Assembly (NCBI GenBank): GCA_905181715.1 | Contig: CAJIYT010000001.1 | Coordinates: 71 to 64,070, forward strand | Length of the DNA stretch: 64,000 bases | Origin: an uncultured Candidatus Poseidoniales archaeon | GTDB taxonomy: Archaea; Thermoplasmatota; Poseidoniia; Poseidoniales; Poseidoniaceae | Reading direction: 5' to 3' | Part shown: piece after piece, positions 8,851-18,682 of the stretch | Layout: each line of letters opens with the position of its first letter | How positions within the stretch are numbered: position 1 is the first letter of the stretch | Notes under the pieces: generated by a model | What the model was told of the DNA's origin: nothing | Database searches by the model: none | The model's input: the letters and a program-made list of their open reading frames with translations, nothing else | Translations under genes and position numbers: made by a program

Positions 8851-11800
8851 ATGATGACAAAGCCAGTAATCCGACTTCTCCATGCCGGCCTGCCTCAGGC
8901 TGTCAAGGGTCAAAGGATGGCTTTGATCATTTTTATGATAATGATTACCCCGGTATTTCAGCCGGTTGGAGCAGACCTCTCAGTAGCTAAAGATGACTTT
9001 GGTATACTCGATGCAATGACCGCTGCACTCGCAAAAAGAAGCGATTCTGGTGAGGACAAATTGGCACAAACTAGTGCCGAGGCAGTGTTGAGTGCAGTTA
9101 CTGCCAAAGGGCGGGTTGTGGCAGATGGAGACGCAATTCTTGCAACTGAAGGTGTGATTGGTAGTATGAGTATGCGGGATACAACCCCTTCTCCAGTCGA
9201 CCACCCGCGGCCATACGAAATGCTGACCAATACCTCAACTCACCCACCTGGTTGGCCGAATAACTTACTCGATACTTTGTTTAGTCCACCTGAGGATTTT
9301 AGTGATCCTTTGGCATTTGGCATCAACTCCTACGCGCTTTATGTAAATTATACCGCACGTGATAATGGTCCACAATATGAAAATTGGACTTATGGTACCT
9401 TTACTGGCGAGATTCTCACCTTCACCGAGTTCTCTCCTTTCATGAATAGAATCGATCTAGATGGCGATGGCGCCGACGACGTTGAAGTTGGCCTCACAGT
9501 TCTCGGGTTAGGTCAATTCGGCGAAGGCTGGGGTTTTGAGCTGAATGGCCTATTACTTGAAAAAATTTGGATAAAACCAACTTTCCAATGGCGTATCGAT
9601 GTACTGAATCCAGAGCAAGCGATGTGGGACGATTTGGGGTCTATGGAAGTCAGTTTGATGAAGGGATTTGCCTATGATCTTTCTTTGACCGAAGTTGGAG
9701 AATCTTATGCGATGGTTCTAGATTCTAGATTCACCCAACCTCCAAATGAATTCGAAGTAAGAGTCGGACTAGACTTGATTGAATTTGGTGTTACCGAAAC
9801 GGTAGAATTGACTATCGGCCAATTATTATCCCTTGCAACATCAGCAGTGGGTATTGGTCAGGGAGTGAACGAATCATCCCTCGAAATACTAAGCGTATCG
9901 GCGCCTTATTCGATTTACATCTCTAACCCTGATTTGGATTCCACAAATACACAGTCGAGATGCGAGGACACTACTGGGTATTATGATCCCGAAATACATC
10001 ATTTGGCGGAATCACGATCTCATCGATGTGCGTTTGGGATAGGTATTGGTTACGTCCATTTTGCTCCCTTGGATGAACAGGTAGATGAGAGAGATATTTT
10101 TGAGATGGGCTATCTCGATATTGGACTCCATCCTGTCGCAGGACAAAATCAATTACCCAATGAAATTGATTTTATTTTACGTAGCGATGGTGAGAATATA
10201 GCCGGAGTAAACTCCTATGATACTATCGAAATCTATAGTGATAAGGATATTGATTTATGGTTCCACTACTTTGAAGATAGGTCTAATTACATTGTGGGAG
10301 GCGAGAAACATGGTAATCTCACAGATTCTCGAGGATGGATTAGAGGTCTACCTGGAGGTGAACTTCACCAAGATGAAATCACTGCTATTTTTACTATGAT
10401 TGGTAATGCACCTACGGATGATAATTTCCCTGGCCAGTTTCCAACTCGACTTTCATTGATAATAGCCATCAAGAACTTTACAGCTGATGATACTCAAAAC
10501 GCTGATGATGATACTTTACCGGTAAACCCGTCAGATACCCGGTGGAATAGTTTGATTTTAATCGCTGGAACTGAACGTATCACCAGTCTTACTTACGAAT
10601 CAGTATTCCAAAGACATGGCTATTCAAGTGATCGTTCTGCAATAAAGGTTGAATTCATCGATATTCCGGAGGTGCTGGTAATCTTTGGAACTTTTGAGAT
10701 ACCCAGTACTACTAGATCACGTGTTGAATTTGGTAATGCTCCGGATCTGTTCAGTCAATTCTTTGATAATATCATCCTAAACCTGGTCGAGATTATTCTC
10801 GATGTTGGGACCATAATCAACGGATTACCCGAAGCCTTAGTCGGAACAGCAGGTAGTTCAGGCGGTGAGATAATCGTTCAGTGCTATAATCAGGTTAAGC
10901 AAACACTGCCCTCTGGTAGCACTAGAATAGAAGTGGAAATTGAAATGATTAATGCAGCGATAGCGAGTTCAGACCAACCGGTGATGCTTACCTCAGATCA
11001 TATTATCTTAGCAGAAAATTTAGATTTGCCACTGGTCCAAGGGAGATATGGGGCTGCAACTCCATTGGTTCCAATTTCTATGAGTATTCGGATGGGTAAT
11101 GTTTCAGGATTCCACTATTCATATGATCAGATAAATGATATTCGGCAAATAGGTCTAACCGGAACCGCAGGTAGTGCACTTGTGATTGGCCATCTTATCC
11201 ACAACACTGGGACCACTGATGGTTTACTCAAGCAATTCGCTTCCATTTCAAACCGTCCGGGTACTCTAAATATCACTCAGAGTGGAGTAATAATTGATTA
11301 TTCATCTAGTAGTTCGATTGATTCAATCACATATAGTGGTGAAGGAGGGGGGCAACAGAACTCCTTACGACTAATCGGCCTTTCCACCGATTTCAGCATA
11401 GAATTAGGCGATATATTGGGCTTTGTATCGAAGGATCCAATCACCGCTATTGAAATACAAATCTCGAATGCAACAACTCCATTGACGATGAATGGCGATC
11501 ACATTCGTTATTGGGTCGACGAGGCTGAGTCTGAGGCTAGTCTAAGTGTTAGAATTTCAGATGTGACAAGGGTCAATCAATTCCCTCCCACTGAACCAGG
11601 TGCAGATGGCCCATTAGGGAATAGCCGTATTGAAATCGAGCGTAGTAATTCACGGCCTCTTTCGATATTAATCGACGATGTCACAATCCGCGAAGATAAA
11701 TTCCGAGGCCTATCTGGGCGTGGATATATTGACCCATTACCAGCAAACATCAGCTTCTCTGTGCCAAGTTCAGGTAAAACAGACCTGTTGAAAGTGCCAG

Positions 11801-13521
11801 ATTTCGGCGAGGATAGTGGGGTGTTAGCGCTTTCGTTTTTCCTTGGCGAAATGATTAGTTTTGGTGGTTCAATAAATGATTTCGCTCATAATATAATGGT
11901 AGACCTTGGTGATATATCTGGCGAGAATAACAATATGACACTGGGATTAGATCTAGTGACAGATGAGGAATTCAATCTAACTTTAGATATGCGAAAAGGA
12001 CGGAATGTACAAACTTCTCCGAAATGGGTTCATGGTCTATCGGGTGAGTTCTATGAAGCAACTGAATTGGAATTCAACCTCAGCCGTATGCCAGCATTTA
12101 CTGAAACCTCTCGTGGTGTTTGGGCTGAAGCCATTTCCGACGGCATCGTAAATGATAGTGAATACGATGATGCAGTAAACGCTCTAACTTGGGGAGGTGT
12201 CAATCAATCGAGACGTTTGGTAAATTTATTGAGCGATGGCTATATTTCCGATAGTGAAATACAGGATCTCGATTTAGATTTACTTTTGACAAATGGTGTA
12301 AATCTAAGCAACCGCCGGGCATGGTGGGCACGTATGTGGATGCCGAATCTTCCAGCGGGAAATATTGTATTGGGTTATGAATTGACTTTTGTTGAGAATG
12401 TTCCAACGTTTGAAATAGATATCGAAATGGATAATTACATGCCTGCTCGACCGATTATCAGCGTATTGATGAATGGTTTGAAACGGTCTGATGTCTCGAT
12501 AATAATCGAAGGACTGAACACTGAATTATCGCGTGATATGTCAGTCAATGCGTTTTATTCTACTGAATCAGACCGAGTAATTCCTCGCTTTTCGATAGAT
12601 TTAAATTATGATATAGGAGAAACTCTTTCGGTAGTCGAGGCTCATCAAATCAATCATTTACGTGGTATTAGATCTGATATTATGATGTTCGGAGCTCCTC
12701 GTTCAGCAACACTTTCAGCGACGATTGGCGATGTATTAATTGCTGATTTATTCGTACCAATTGAATATAGAACAAATAGTAATTCGGCTGAATCGATTTA
12801 TTTGCAACAATTGCGGTTTATAGAAAACCGATGGTGGCCATCAACATTATTCATGCGCGATATTCCAAGCGAAATGCATTTGGCAGCCCTACCTTCATCC
12901 GAATTCAATATCAATCGAGAAAGTACCTTCCAAGGTATGTATACTTTAGATTACACTTCCAATAGTGATCAGATGGATCTATTCCTCGAGACCAAGGGTA
13001 AGGCTCAGAACGTTCAAGGAGGTAATTTGATGATCGCAGAGAACCTTCCTGATCGTTTCGTGATGGAAACCACTGATGATTGGGGTGCACGCATTTCGGC
13101 ATCTGGTAATGGGGTTGAAAGAATTTATCTTAAGCGTACTAATTCGCCAATGCAACCAGGATATTCGATGAATTCTGCTCAGATAATCGGTGAAGATCTG
13201 AAGAGTGTAACTATTCATATACATCGCTATGCTGGTGTCCCTGTAGTAATATTGGATGATATTACCAGCGGTAGAATCGTGGTTACCAGTGATATTAGTG
13301 CCGATATAATGGGCTTTGAAATAGATGGTCGAGGCGTTCTCCTCGATGCACAATTCACGGGTGTAATTCCCACCGCTTCGAGTTTGGGCATCAATGGTGT
13401 GGTTACCGATCTTTCGTTGATTGGCGAATTGACCGGTGGTTCGGTTGAGACTACACACATCATGGTGGGAGAACCGGTTTCAACCCTGATATCTACGATT
13501 ATTGCGACGGTGGTGGGTTAA
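8851..13521 (+). CDS. giant (about 1,556 aa) secreted protein of unknown function
   Basis: A single open frame of 4.67 kb. Signal-like MALIIFMIMITPVFQPVGA. One calcium-type loop RIDLDGDGADDVEVG. The C-terminus ends in an uncharged hydrophobic stretch, VSTLISTIIATVVG. I recognised no catalytic motif. Track start 8836 is GTG; ATGATG lies at 8851. Confidence 0.75.
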   Translation: MMTKPVIRLLHAGLPQAVKGQRMALIIFMIMITPVFQPVGADLSVAKDDFGILDAMTAALAKRSDSGEDKLAQTSAEAVLSAVTAKGRVVADGDAILATEGVIGSMSMRDTTPSPVDHPRPYEMLTNTSTHPPGWPNNLLDTLFSPPEDFSDPLAFGINSYALYVNYTARDNGPQYENWTYGTFTGEILTFTEFSPFMNRIDLDGDGADDVEVGLTVLGLGQFGEGWGFELNGLLLEKIWIKPTFQWRIDVLNPEQAMWDDLGSMEVSLMKGFAYDLSLTEVGESYAMVLDSRFTQPPNEFEVRVGLDLIEFGVTETVELTIGQLLSLATSAVGIGQGVNESSLEILSVSAPYSIYISNPDLDSTNTQSRCEDTTGYYDPEIHHLAESRSHRCAFGIGIGYVHFAPLDEQVDERDIFEMGYLDIGLHPVAGQNQLPNEIDFILRSDGENIAGVNSYDTIEIYSDKDIDLWFHYFEDRSNYIVGGEKHGNLTDSRGWIRGLPGGELHQDEITAIFTMIGNAPTDDNFPGQFPTRLSLIIAIKNFTADDTQNADDDTLPVNPSDTRWNSLILIAGTERITSLTYESVFQRHGYSSDRSAIKVEFIDIPEVLVIFGTFEIPSTTRSRVEFGNAPDLFSQFFDNIILNLVEIILDVGTIINGLPEALVGTAGSSGGEIIVQCYNQVKQTLPSGSTRIEVEIEMINAAIASSDQPVMLTSDHIILAENLDLPLVQGRYGAATPLVPISMSIRMGNVSGFHYSYDQINDIRQIGLTGTAGSALVIGHLIHNTGTTDGLLKQFASISNRPGTLNITQSGVIIDYSSSSSIDSITYSGEGGGQQNSLRLIGLSTDFSIELGDILGFVSKDPITAIEIQISNATTPLTMNGDHIRYWVDEAESEASLSVRISDVTRVNQFPPTEPGADGPLGNSRIEIERSNSRPLSILIDDVTIREDKFRGLSGRGYIDPLPANISFSVPSSGKTDLLKVPDFGEDSGVLALSFFLGEMISFGGSINDFAHNIMVDLGDISGENNNMTLGLDLVTDEEFNLTLDMRKGRNVQTSPKWVHGLSGEFYEATELEFNLSRMPAFTETSRGVWAEAISDGIVNDSEYDDAVNALTWGGVNQSRRLVNLLSDGYISDSEIQDLDLDLLLTNGVNLSNRRAWWARMWMPNLPAGNIVLGYELTFVENVPTFEIDIEMDNYMPARPIISVLMNGLKRSDVSIIIEGLNTELSRDMSVNAFYSTESDRVIPRFSIDLNYDIGETLSVVEAHQINHLRGIRSDIMMFGAPRSATLSATIGDVLIADLFVPIEYRTNSNSAESIYLQQLRFIENRWWPSTLFMRDIPSEMHLAALPSSEFNINRESTFQGMYTLDYTSNSDQMDLFLETKGKAQNVQGGNLMIAENLPDRFVMETTDDWGARISASGNGVERIYLKRTNSPMQPGYSMNSAQIIGEDLKSVTIHIHRYAGVPVVILDDITSGRIVVTSDISADIMGFEIDGRGVLLDAQFTGVIPTASSLGINGVVTDLSLIGELTGGSVETTHIMVGEPVSTLISTIIATVVG

Positions 13522-14045
13522 TGCAAATCCCTCACGATGAACAGATTGCTGTCGAACAAGCAGCTAAGAAATATAGTGAATATGTTCAAGATATAGCTGA
13601 AAGAGTTCATCCGTTACGAGTTGCCCTTTCTGGCTTATTATTACTGGTTCTACTTGGTGGTATTGTCAGTACTTGGTACTGGGTTATTCCACGTGATGAT
13701 GTAAGTGTCGAAACCCTGTATTTGCAGCGCTCAGGGCATGTGGTTCTCAGTGAGGTTCACAATGATGGCAGTAGGACGATTACAGATGTTTCTATAATGG
13801 TGCAATTCATAGATCCTCAAGGGGAGATGGTTGATATGTTTTCCGTTTCGATAGGGAATATCTCAAGCCATTCAAGTGTATCAGGAAACGATATGCAATT
13901 GGTGATGATGGGTGTTTCAATCTGGGATAACCATACAGTTCGAATCGACCTTGATTGGACAGATCATTCGGGCCGGGCGCATTCGAAAACCTGGGTTCAC
14001 CCAGTAGGCGAGTGGGTAGTCGAGAAGTTTGTCGACGAGCCCTAA
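13521..14045 (+). CDS. single-pass membrane protein with a small beta-rich ectodomain
   Basis: The ATG overlaps the giant gene's stop (TAATG, 13519-13523) and is preceded by GGTGGTGGG. TM ALSGLLLLVLLGGIVSTWYWVI. The ectodomain pattern VLSEVHNDGSRTITDVSIMVQFIDPQGEMV looks like a small Ig-like/DUF3426-type sandwich (weak call). Confidence 0.65.
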   Translation: MQIPHDEQIAVEQAAKKYSEYVQDIAERVHPLRVALSGLLLLVLLGGIVSTWYWVIPRDDVSVETLYLQRSGHVVLSEVHNDGSRTITDVSIMVQFIDPQGEMVDMFSVSIGNISSHSSVSGNDMQLVMMGVSIWDNHTVRIDLDWTDHSGRAHSKTWVHPVGEWVVEKFVDEP

Positions 14046-14052
14046 GGGCTCG
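14036..14052 (+). terminator. perfect 7-bp hairpin whose loop is the stop codon of the 174-aa gene
   Basis: CGAGCCC-TAA-GGGCTCG read directly in the sequence, followed by GATTTGT. Confidence 0.3.
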
Positions 14053-14099
14053 GATTTGTAATACTACAGCGGACAAGCCCTAAAGCGGATGTGTAATAG
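14039..14099 (+). repeat. imperfect direct repeat, two copies, in the 62-nt spacer before the protease gene
   Basis: GCCCTAAGGGCTCGGATTTGTAATAC (14039-14064) versus GCCCTAAAGCGGATGTGTAATAG (14077-14099). Each copy contains a TATA-like TGTAATA. Confidence 0.45.
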
Positions 14100-14107
14100 C
14101 GCATGTT

Positions 14108-17100
14108 GTGCGAACAGCCTCACTTCTGCTCACTGTTTTGCTATTGAGCATTTTTTCCTCACTTATTACCCCAGCAAATGAGCCAGAAATTGCTGAAGAT
14201 GATACTCAATGGCAGCGTATTGAATTGAGTGCAGATACGATGAAGGGTTTGGTAGGGACGCTCGAACTCTCACTTACCGGCGAAGAAAGAGCCATTCTTG
14301 CAGATTCAAGATTAGGAATCTATGACCAAGGTGGCTTACTACTAAAACGAGATATCCCTGAAGAGTTATTAATTCCGCGTAGCGATTTATCGTTACTATT
14401 AATCTCAGATCAAGTCCATATGGCGACTGCTAGAACAGCTCTTTCAGAAGTCCAAGGCCTTGTGGTACGAGAATATATCTCGCCATCGGGATTGTTGGTT
14501 CAAGGAACAAATAACGCATTAAAACAAGCAAAATCCACAATCGGAGTCGTCGCAGGTCTACCCGTACCTGTGGCAATGGTAGTCGACGAATCTCTATGGA
14601 CTCATCCTAGCCAACTGCTAAGACTTGAGTCATGGCGAGATGAAGGATTGTTACCAGGTGTGAAATTGGAAGATGAACACGGTAGCACTCTCCATCAGGA
14701 CCTTCATTTGGTTGCAACAGCACATTTGGAGGAGTTAGTTATGGTTGATGATGGACGCTATCGCGGTCTATTCACCGGCGATTTGAACCAATTAAGCACA
14801 CTTGCATCGGAAATCTCTACCGCATGGGTAAGGGCAGAACCGCAATTTTCTATCGACAATAATAAAGCACGCTCCCATATGAAAATTACCGGCTCTGATG
14901 GCATAGATGATCATTTTGCGACCGAACTTGACGGTTCAGGGCAAATAGTGGCAGTTGCTGATTCAGGGTTGGATGAAGATCATGGAGACTTTGGGACTAG
15001 AGTCGTAGGTAATGTCGATGTGATAGGCGATGGATCGAGTGCTGATTTACACAGCGGTCATGGCACCCACGTTGCTTGTACAGTATTGGGGGATGGAACT
15101 AGGGGCACTTACTCAGGAGTCGCCCCGGCAGCCGAATTGTATTTGCAGGCTATGGAAAACGATAACACTGGCAATTTCCAATCTCCTTCATTGAATAATC
15201 TGTTTAATACCGCGTATAATGCTGGTGCGCGTATCCATACAAACTCATGGGGTTCGTCACAGGCTAGTAGTCAAGGGAAATATACTTCAGAATCTGAAGA
15301 TGTGGATGACCGTGCTAATTATTATGATCGCTATTATAATGGCGTCGAAGGCCTGACCATTCTTTTTGCCTCAGGCAATGATGGCCCAGGAGTAGGTACG
15401 GCGAGTTCTCCTGCAACGGCTAAGAATAGTGTAACTGTCGGTAGTCACCTAAATCGCGGCGGCGGTTCTCCAGATACGATTTCGCAGTCTTCAAGCCGAG
15501 GCCCCACCGATGATAACCGCATCAAGCCTGACGTCATTGCTCCTGGGGCTTATGTCCGCTCATGCCTTTCACAAGATGCGACTGATACGTCAGGTGGTAC
15601 AGTCCAAACTGGTGGCTGGTACATCGAGTACTCAGGTACTTCGATGGCTACTCCCAATGCGGCAGGTTCGGCAGCATTGATCCGAGAATATATCTTAGAA
15701 ATTGCACAGAGACCTGCGCCTCAAGGAGCCTTGGTCAAGGCATTACTCGTGCTAGGGGCAAGGGACCTTGGAAATCGTGATATTCCTAATAATGACGAAG
15801 GCTGGGGGCGAATCGATCTACAGAATACTCTTGCGCCATCCGATAGAGGCATTTGGGTTGACGATCGCTCGGTACTTTCAGGAACTGGTAATGTCAAGAC
15901 ATATACCTTCAACGTCACTACTTCTGGTCAGCCGTTCAAAGCCGTTCTTTGTTGGTCGGATGAACGCGGTTCAAGATTCTCAACCAATCAATTAGTGAAT
16001 GATCTGAATTTGGAGATAGAGACTCCCAGCGGTACGCTTTATCGAGGCAACCAGTTTAGTCAAGGGCGTTCAATCGAAGGAGGTACTTTTGATAGCACTA
16101 ACAATCTTGAAGTCGTATTAATCGATTCAGCAGAAAGTGGAATTTGGACAATACGTGCTAAAGATGGCGGGCATAGCGGGCAGAAATCGCAACCATTCGC
16201 TCTTGCGGTTTCAGGAGCTGGAGTAAATGATCTGCGCCCAGATCCCATGGTATTACCAAATTTACAGGTAGGTGTTGCAATTCCTCAGATAGGCGAAGAT
16301 GTCACATTAACGATGGCAATACAGAATTTCGGTAATATTGAAGCTGAGGATGTAGAAGTAGAATTCCTCGTTGAAAACCAGAGTCAAGCGAGTGTAGAAT
16401 ATGATCTTGGCCCAGGTGGCTTACGAAACATTGCATGGAATTGGCAACCGGTAAACTCTGGTGGCAACACTCTTTCGTTTATCGTTGATCCAGATGGGTT
16501 AATCGAAGAAATCTCAGAATCTAATAATCGTCTAGACTGGGTAGTCAACGTCACCACCCCGGGGGTTAAATTAGAATCTCCAGCTCCTATTTTCACTCTT
16601 AGTGATGAGGGAAAAACCACTACTTCTTGGAACGTAACTCTGACCAATACTGCATTATTGGCTACCAATGCCTCGGTTACTGTAACGTCGGTAACTAGGA
16701 TAACAGACGGAGTCTTGATGCCTTGGTACGTTAGTATCGGCGAGGGGAGCTATTCTCTTAGCGGTAGCGGACATGTTGATTTATCTGCGACAATGGTCCA
16801 TCCTGAGCTTCCCACCCCTGGAGTCTATATTGTCAGTATTCTTGGTACAGATGATGATAATTCCATACAATATCCATATGATTTACAGTTCGTAGTACCG
16901 ATACTAGGCGCTGTTCGATTCGAATCTGCTTATACTACAATACCGATAGATCCGCGCACTGGGAGCTCAATTGATTTCATATTCCATAATGATGGGAATG
17001 GTGATGTGGGATATGATCTCTTTTTGCTATCACCCGTGGGCTGGAGTTCTGGGTTTGACGACCTCTCCTCGGAAGGAGGTGCCAGTTCAGGTTCTACTGG

Positions 17101-18637
17101 TTTGATACTTGAAAACTCTATGCGGCAATTATCTATCACCTTCACTCCACCATTGGTGATGTTGAAAGCAGGAGCAGAATATAGTGCTACATTTAGAGCT
17201 ATTACGCAAACTGAAAACCCACAAACATTTGATTTCGAAATCCCTTTGGTGGTTATGGAAATCAAACAAATCGATATTTACATGAGCACTACGATCGGAG
17301 AAATAACCCCCGGGACAGGTTTCAGTCTTCTATTCAGTTTTGAGAATAATGGCAATCTAAATCATAACATAACCCCAACACTTACGCTTCCTTCCGGTTG
17401 GACCCAAATCAGTCAACTAATAACATTCGATTTATATTGGACGCAAAGCCATGAAATTCTCATCAATATCTACGCCGGTGATACGGCTAGATCTGGTCAG
17501 ATAGCATTATTCCTAACTAGTGGTCAAGATTCATGGTCATGGGTTCAAGAGGTTACGATTGAAAAATTGGCTGTTATTGATGTTCAATTCGCTAGATTAG
17601 AAATTGGCGATGAACGTTGGGATTCGGTAATGGGGCCTGGTTCACATCCGACATCAGAGCGAATGACTTTCACTTGGATAATCACAAATGATGCTGACAA
17701 TATCTGGTCGCCAGAAATAGATTTAACCATGGACGACGATCTTATTGGCGAATGCGAACCGATGGATGATGTAAGCAATAGCGACGAAGTTTTGCTCGTT
17801 TGTACAATGATTATTGATAGTGATGCCACCCCAGGCACTGAACCCAAATTTACTGTTTCGATGAGTGATGGTTCGTCTAATCATCAATTCAACATTACTC
17901 TATTCGTGGCATTTGAACGCAGTGTGGAATGGGATGTAGTCGGGCCAAGTCAATTCAATGTCGGCGAATCGACATCTATCGATGTAAGAATAGTCAATAC
18001 GGGTAATACTAGATTGACGCATACTTTACAGTTTGCGGGCCCGAAAGGCTGGCAGATAAGTAGCGATAATGCCGATTTCATCTTCGACCTCGAAGCAGGC
18101 CAATCAGATTCTATTGAATTGTCGGTTCTCGCTTCACAAGCCGGAGAAGGAGAACTCTTGCTATGGTTGAGTAACGCAGACGATGTCGAAGCATCTTCGC
18201 ACTCCCTCCCTATTGCTTCGATGGGGGTGATAAATGATGATTCTTCTTCCGAAAGCGAAACCTCTAACATAATCGGGGTAATTGGTTTACTAGTCATCGC
18301 ATTTTTGGTTGGTTTGGTAATTATACAATTACGCTCTAAGTTCTCCAGTAAAGACCAATCGCAACAACAATATTCCCAAATGTCACTGAATTCCTCCATT
18401 GATGGCCCAGTAAAACCAGCCAATAATGCCCAAGGGCAGCAACTGAAAGAATACCAAGAACAAGCCGAAAAATATGCTCAATATCAAGTTGAACTTGCAG
18501 AATATGAACAGAAGATGCAACAATACGAGGGGCCGGATAATCAAAGTGCCGAAGGCACCGAAGAAACCGCTGAAAACAACGAATCAGGCGCTGATTACGG
18601 GACAGATGAACCTTTGATAGATTCGGATGATTCTTGA
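14108..18637 (+). CDS. membrane-anchored subtilisin-like serine protease (S8) with P-domain-like, CARDB and multiple Ig-like modules
   Basis: Catalytic motifs VAVADSGLD (Asp), HGTHVACTV (His), NSWG (oxyanion Asn) and GTSMATPNAAG (Ser). CARDB-like GEDVTLTMAIQNFGNIEAEDVEVEF...ISESNNRLDWVVNV. TM IIGVIGLLVIAFLVGLVIIQL (about 18270-18332). Q/E-rich acidic cytoplasmic tail of about 100 aa. GTG start as in the track, with a signal-like N-terminus LLLTVLLLSIFSSLITPA. Confidence 0.85.
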   Translation: MRTASLLLTVLLLSIFSSLITPANEPEIAEDDTQWQRIELSADTMKGLVGTLELSLTGEERAILADSRLGIYDQGGLLLKRDIPEELLIPRSDLSLLLISDQVHMATARTALSEVQGLVVREYISPSGLLVQGTNNALKQAKSTIGVVAGLPVPVAMVVDESLWTHPSQLLRLESWRDEGLLPGVKLEDEHGSTLHQDLHLVATAHLEELVMVDDGRYRGLFTGDLNQLSTLASEISTAWVRAEPQFSIDNNKARSHMKITGSDGIDDHFATELDGSGQIVAVADSGLDEDHGDFGTRVVGNVDVIGDGSSADLHSGHGTHVACTVLGDGTRGTYSGVAPAAELYLQAMENDNTGNFQSPSLNNLFNTAYNAGARIHTNSWGSSQASSQGKYTSESEDVDDRANYYDRYYNGVEGLTILFASGNDGPGVGTASSPATAKNSVTVGSHLNRGGGSPDTISQSSSRGPTDDNRIKPDVIAPGAYVRSCLSQDATDTSGGTVQTGGWYIEYSGTSMATPNAAGSAALIREYILEIAQRPAPQGALVKALLVLGARDLGNRDIPNNDEGWGRIDLQNTLAPSDRGIWVDDRSVLSGTGNVKTYTFNVTTSGQPFKAVLCWSDERGSRFSTNQLVNDLNLEIETPSGTLYRGNQFSQGRSIEGGTFDSTNNLEVVLIDSAESGIWTIRAKDGGHSGQKSQPFALAVSGAGVNDLRPDPMVLPNLQVGVAIPQIGEDVTLTMAIQNFGNIEAEDVEVEFLVENQSQASVEYDLGPGGLRNIAWNWQPVNSGGNTLSFIVDPDGLIEEISESNNRLDWVVNVTTPGVKLESPAPIFTLSDEGKTTTSWNVTLTNTALLATNASVTVTSVTRITDGVLMPWYVSIGEGSYSLSGSGHVDLSATMVHPELPTPGVYIVSILGTDDDNSIQYPYDLQFVVPILGAVRFESAYTTIPIDPRTGSSIDFIFHNDGNGDVGYDLFLLSPVGWSSGFDDLSSEGGASSGSTGLILENSMRQLSITFTPPLVMLKAGAEYSATFRAITQTENPQTFDFEIPLVVMEIKQIDIYMSTTIGEITPGTGFSLLFSFENNGNLNHNITPTLTLPSGWTQISQLITFDLYWTQSHEILINIYAGDTARSGQIALFLTSGQDSWSWVQEVTIEKLAVIDVQFARLEIGDERWDSVMGPGSHPTSERMTFTWIITNDADNIWSPEIDLTMDDDLIGECEPMDDVSNSDEVLLVCTMIIDSDATPGTEPKFTVSMSDGSSNHQFNITLFVAFERSVEWDVVGPSQFNVGESTSIDVRIVNTGNTRLTHTLQFAGPKGWQISSDNADFIFDLEAGQSDSIELSVLASQAGEGELLLWLSNADDVEASSHSLPIASMGVINDDSSSESETSNIIGVIGLLVIAFLVGLVIIQLRSKFSSKDQSQQQYSQMSLNSSIDGPVKPANNAQGQQLKEYQEQAEKYAQYQVELAEYEQKMQQYEGPDNQSAEGTEETAENNESGADYGTDEPLIDSDDS

Positions 18638-18682
18638 CAAATAGTGGACAGACTCTTTAGGTACCGATGCGAGGCACATTAC

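Noticed and set aside
12979-13458. Long antisense or off-frame ORFs inside large genes (for example 976-1383, 3267-3731, 4202-4624, 12979-13458, 17950-18423, 24501-24977, 26418-26888, 29080-29565, 40139-40621, 43850-44356, 52030-52452, 57505-58056, 60345-60833)
   Set aside because: Each lies fully inside a gene with strong motif support on the other strand or frame. Their products are Ser/Arg/Pro-rich and low in complexity, with no motifs. I treated them as shadow ORFs.
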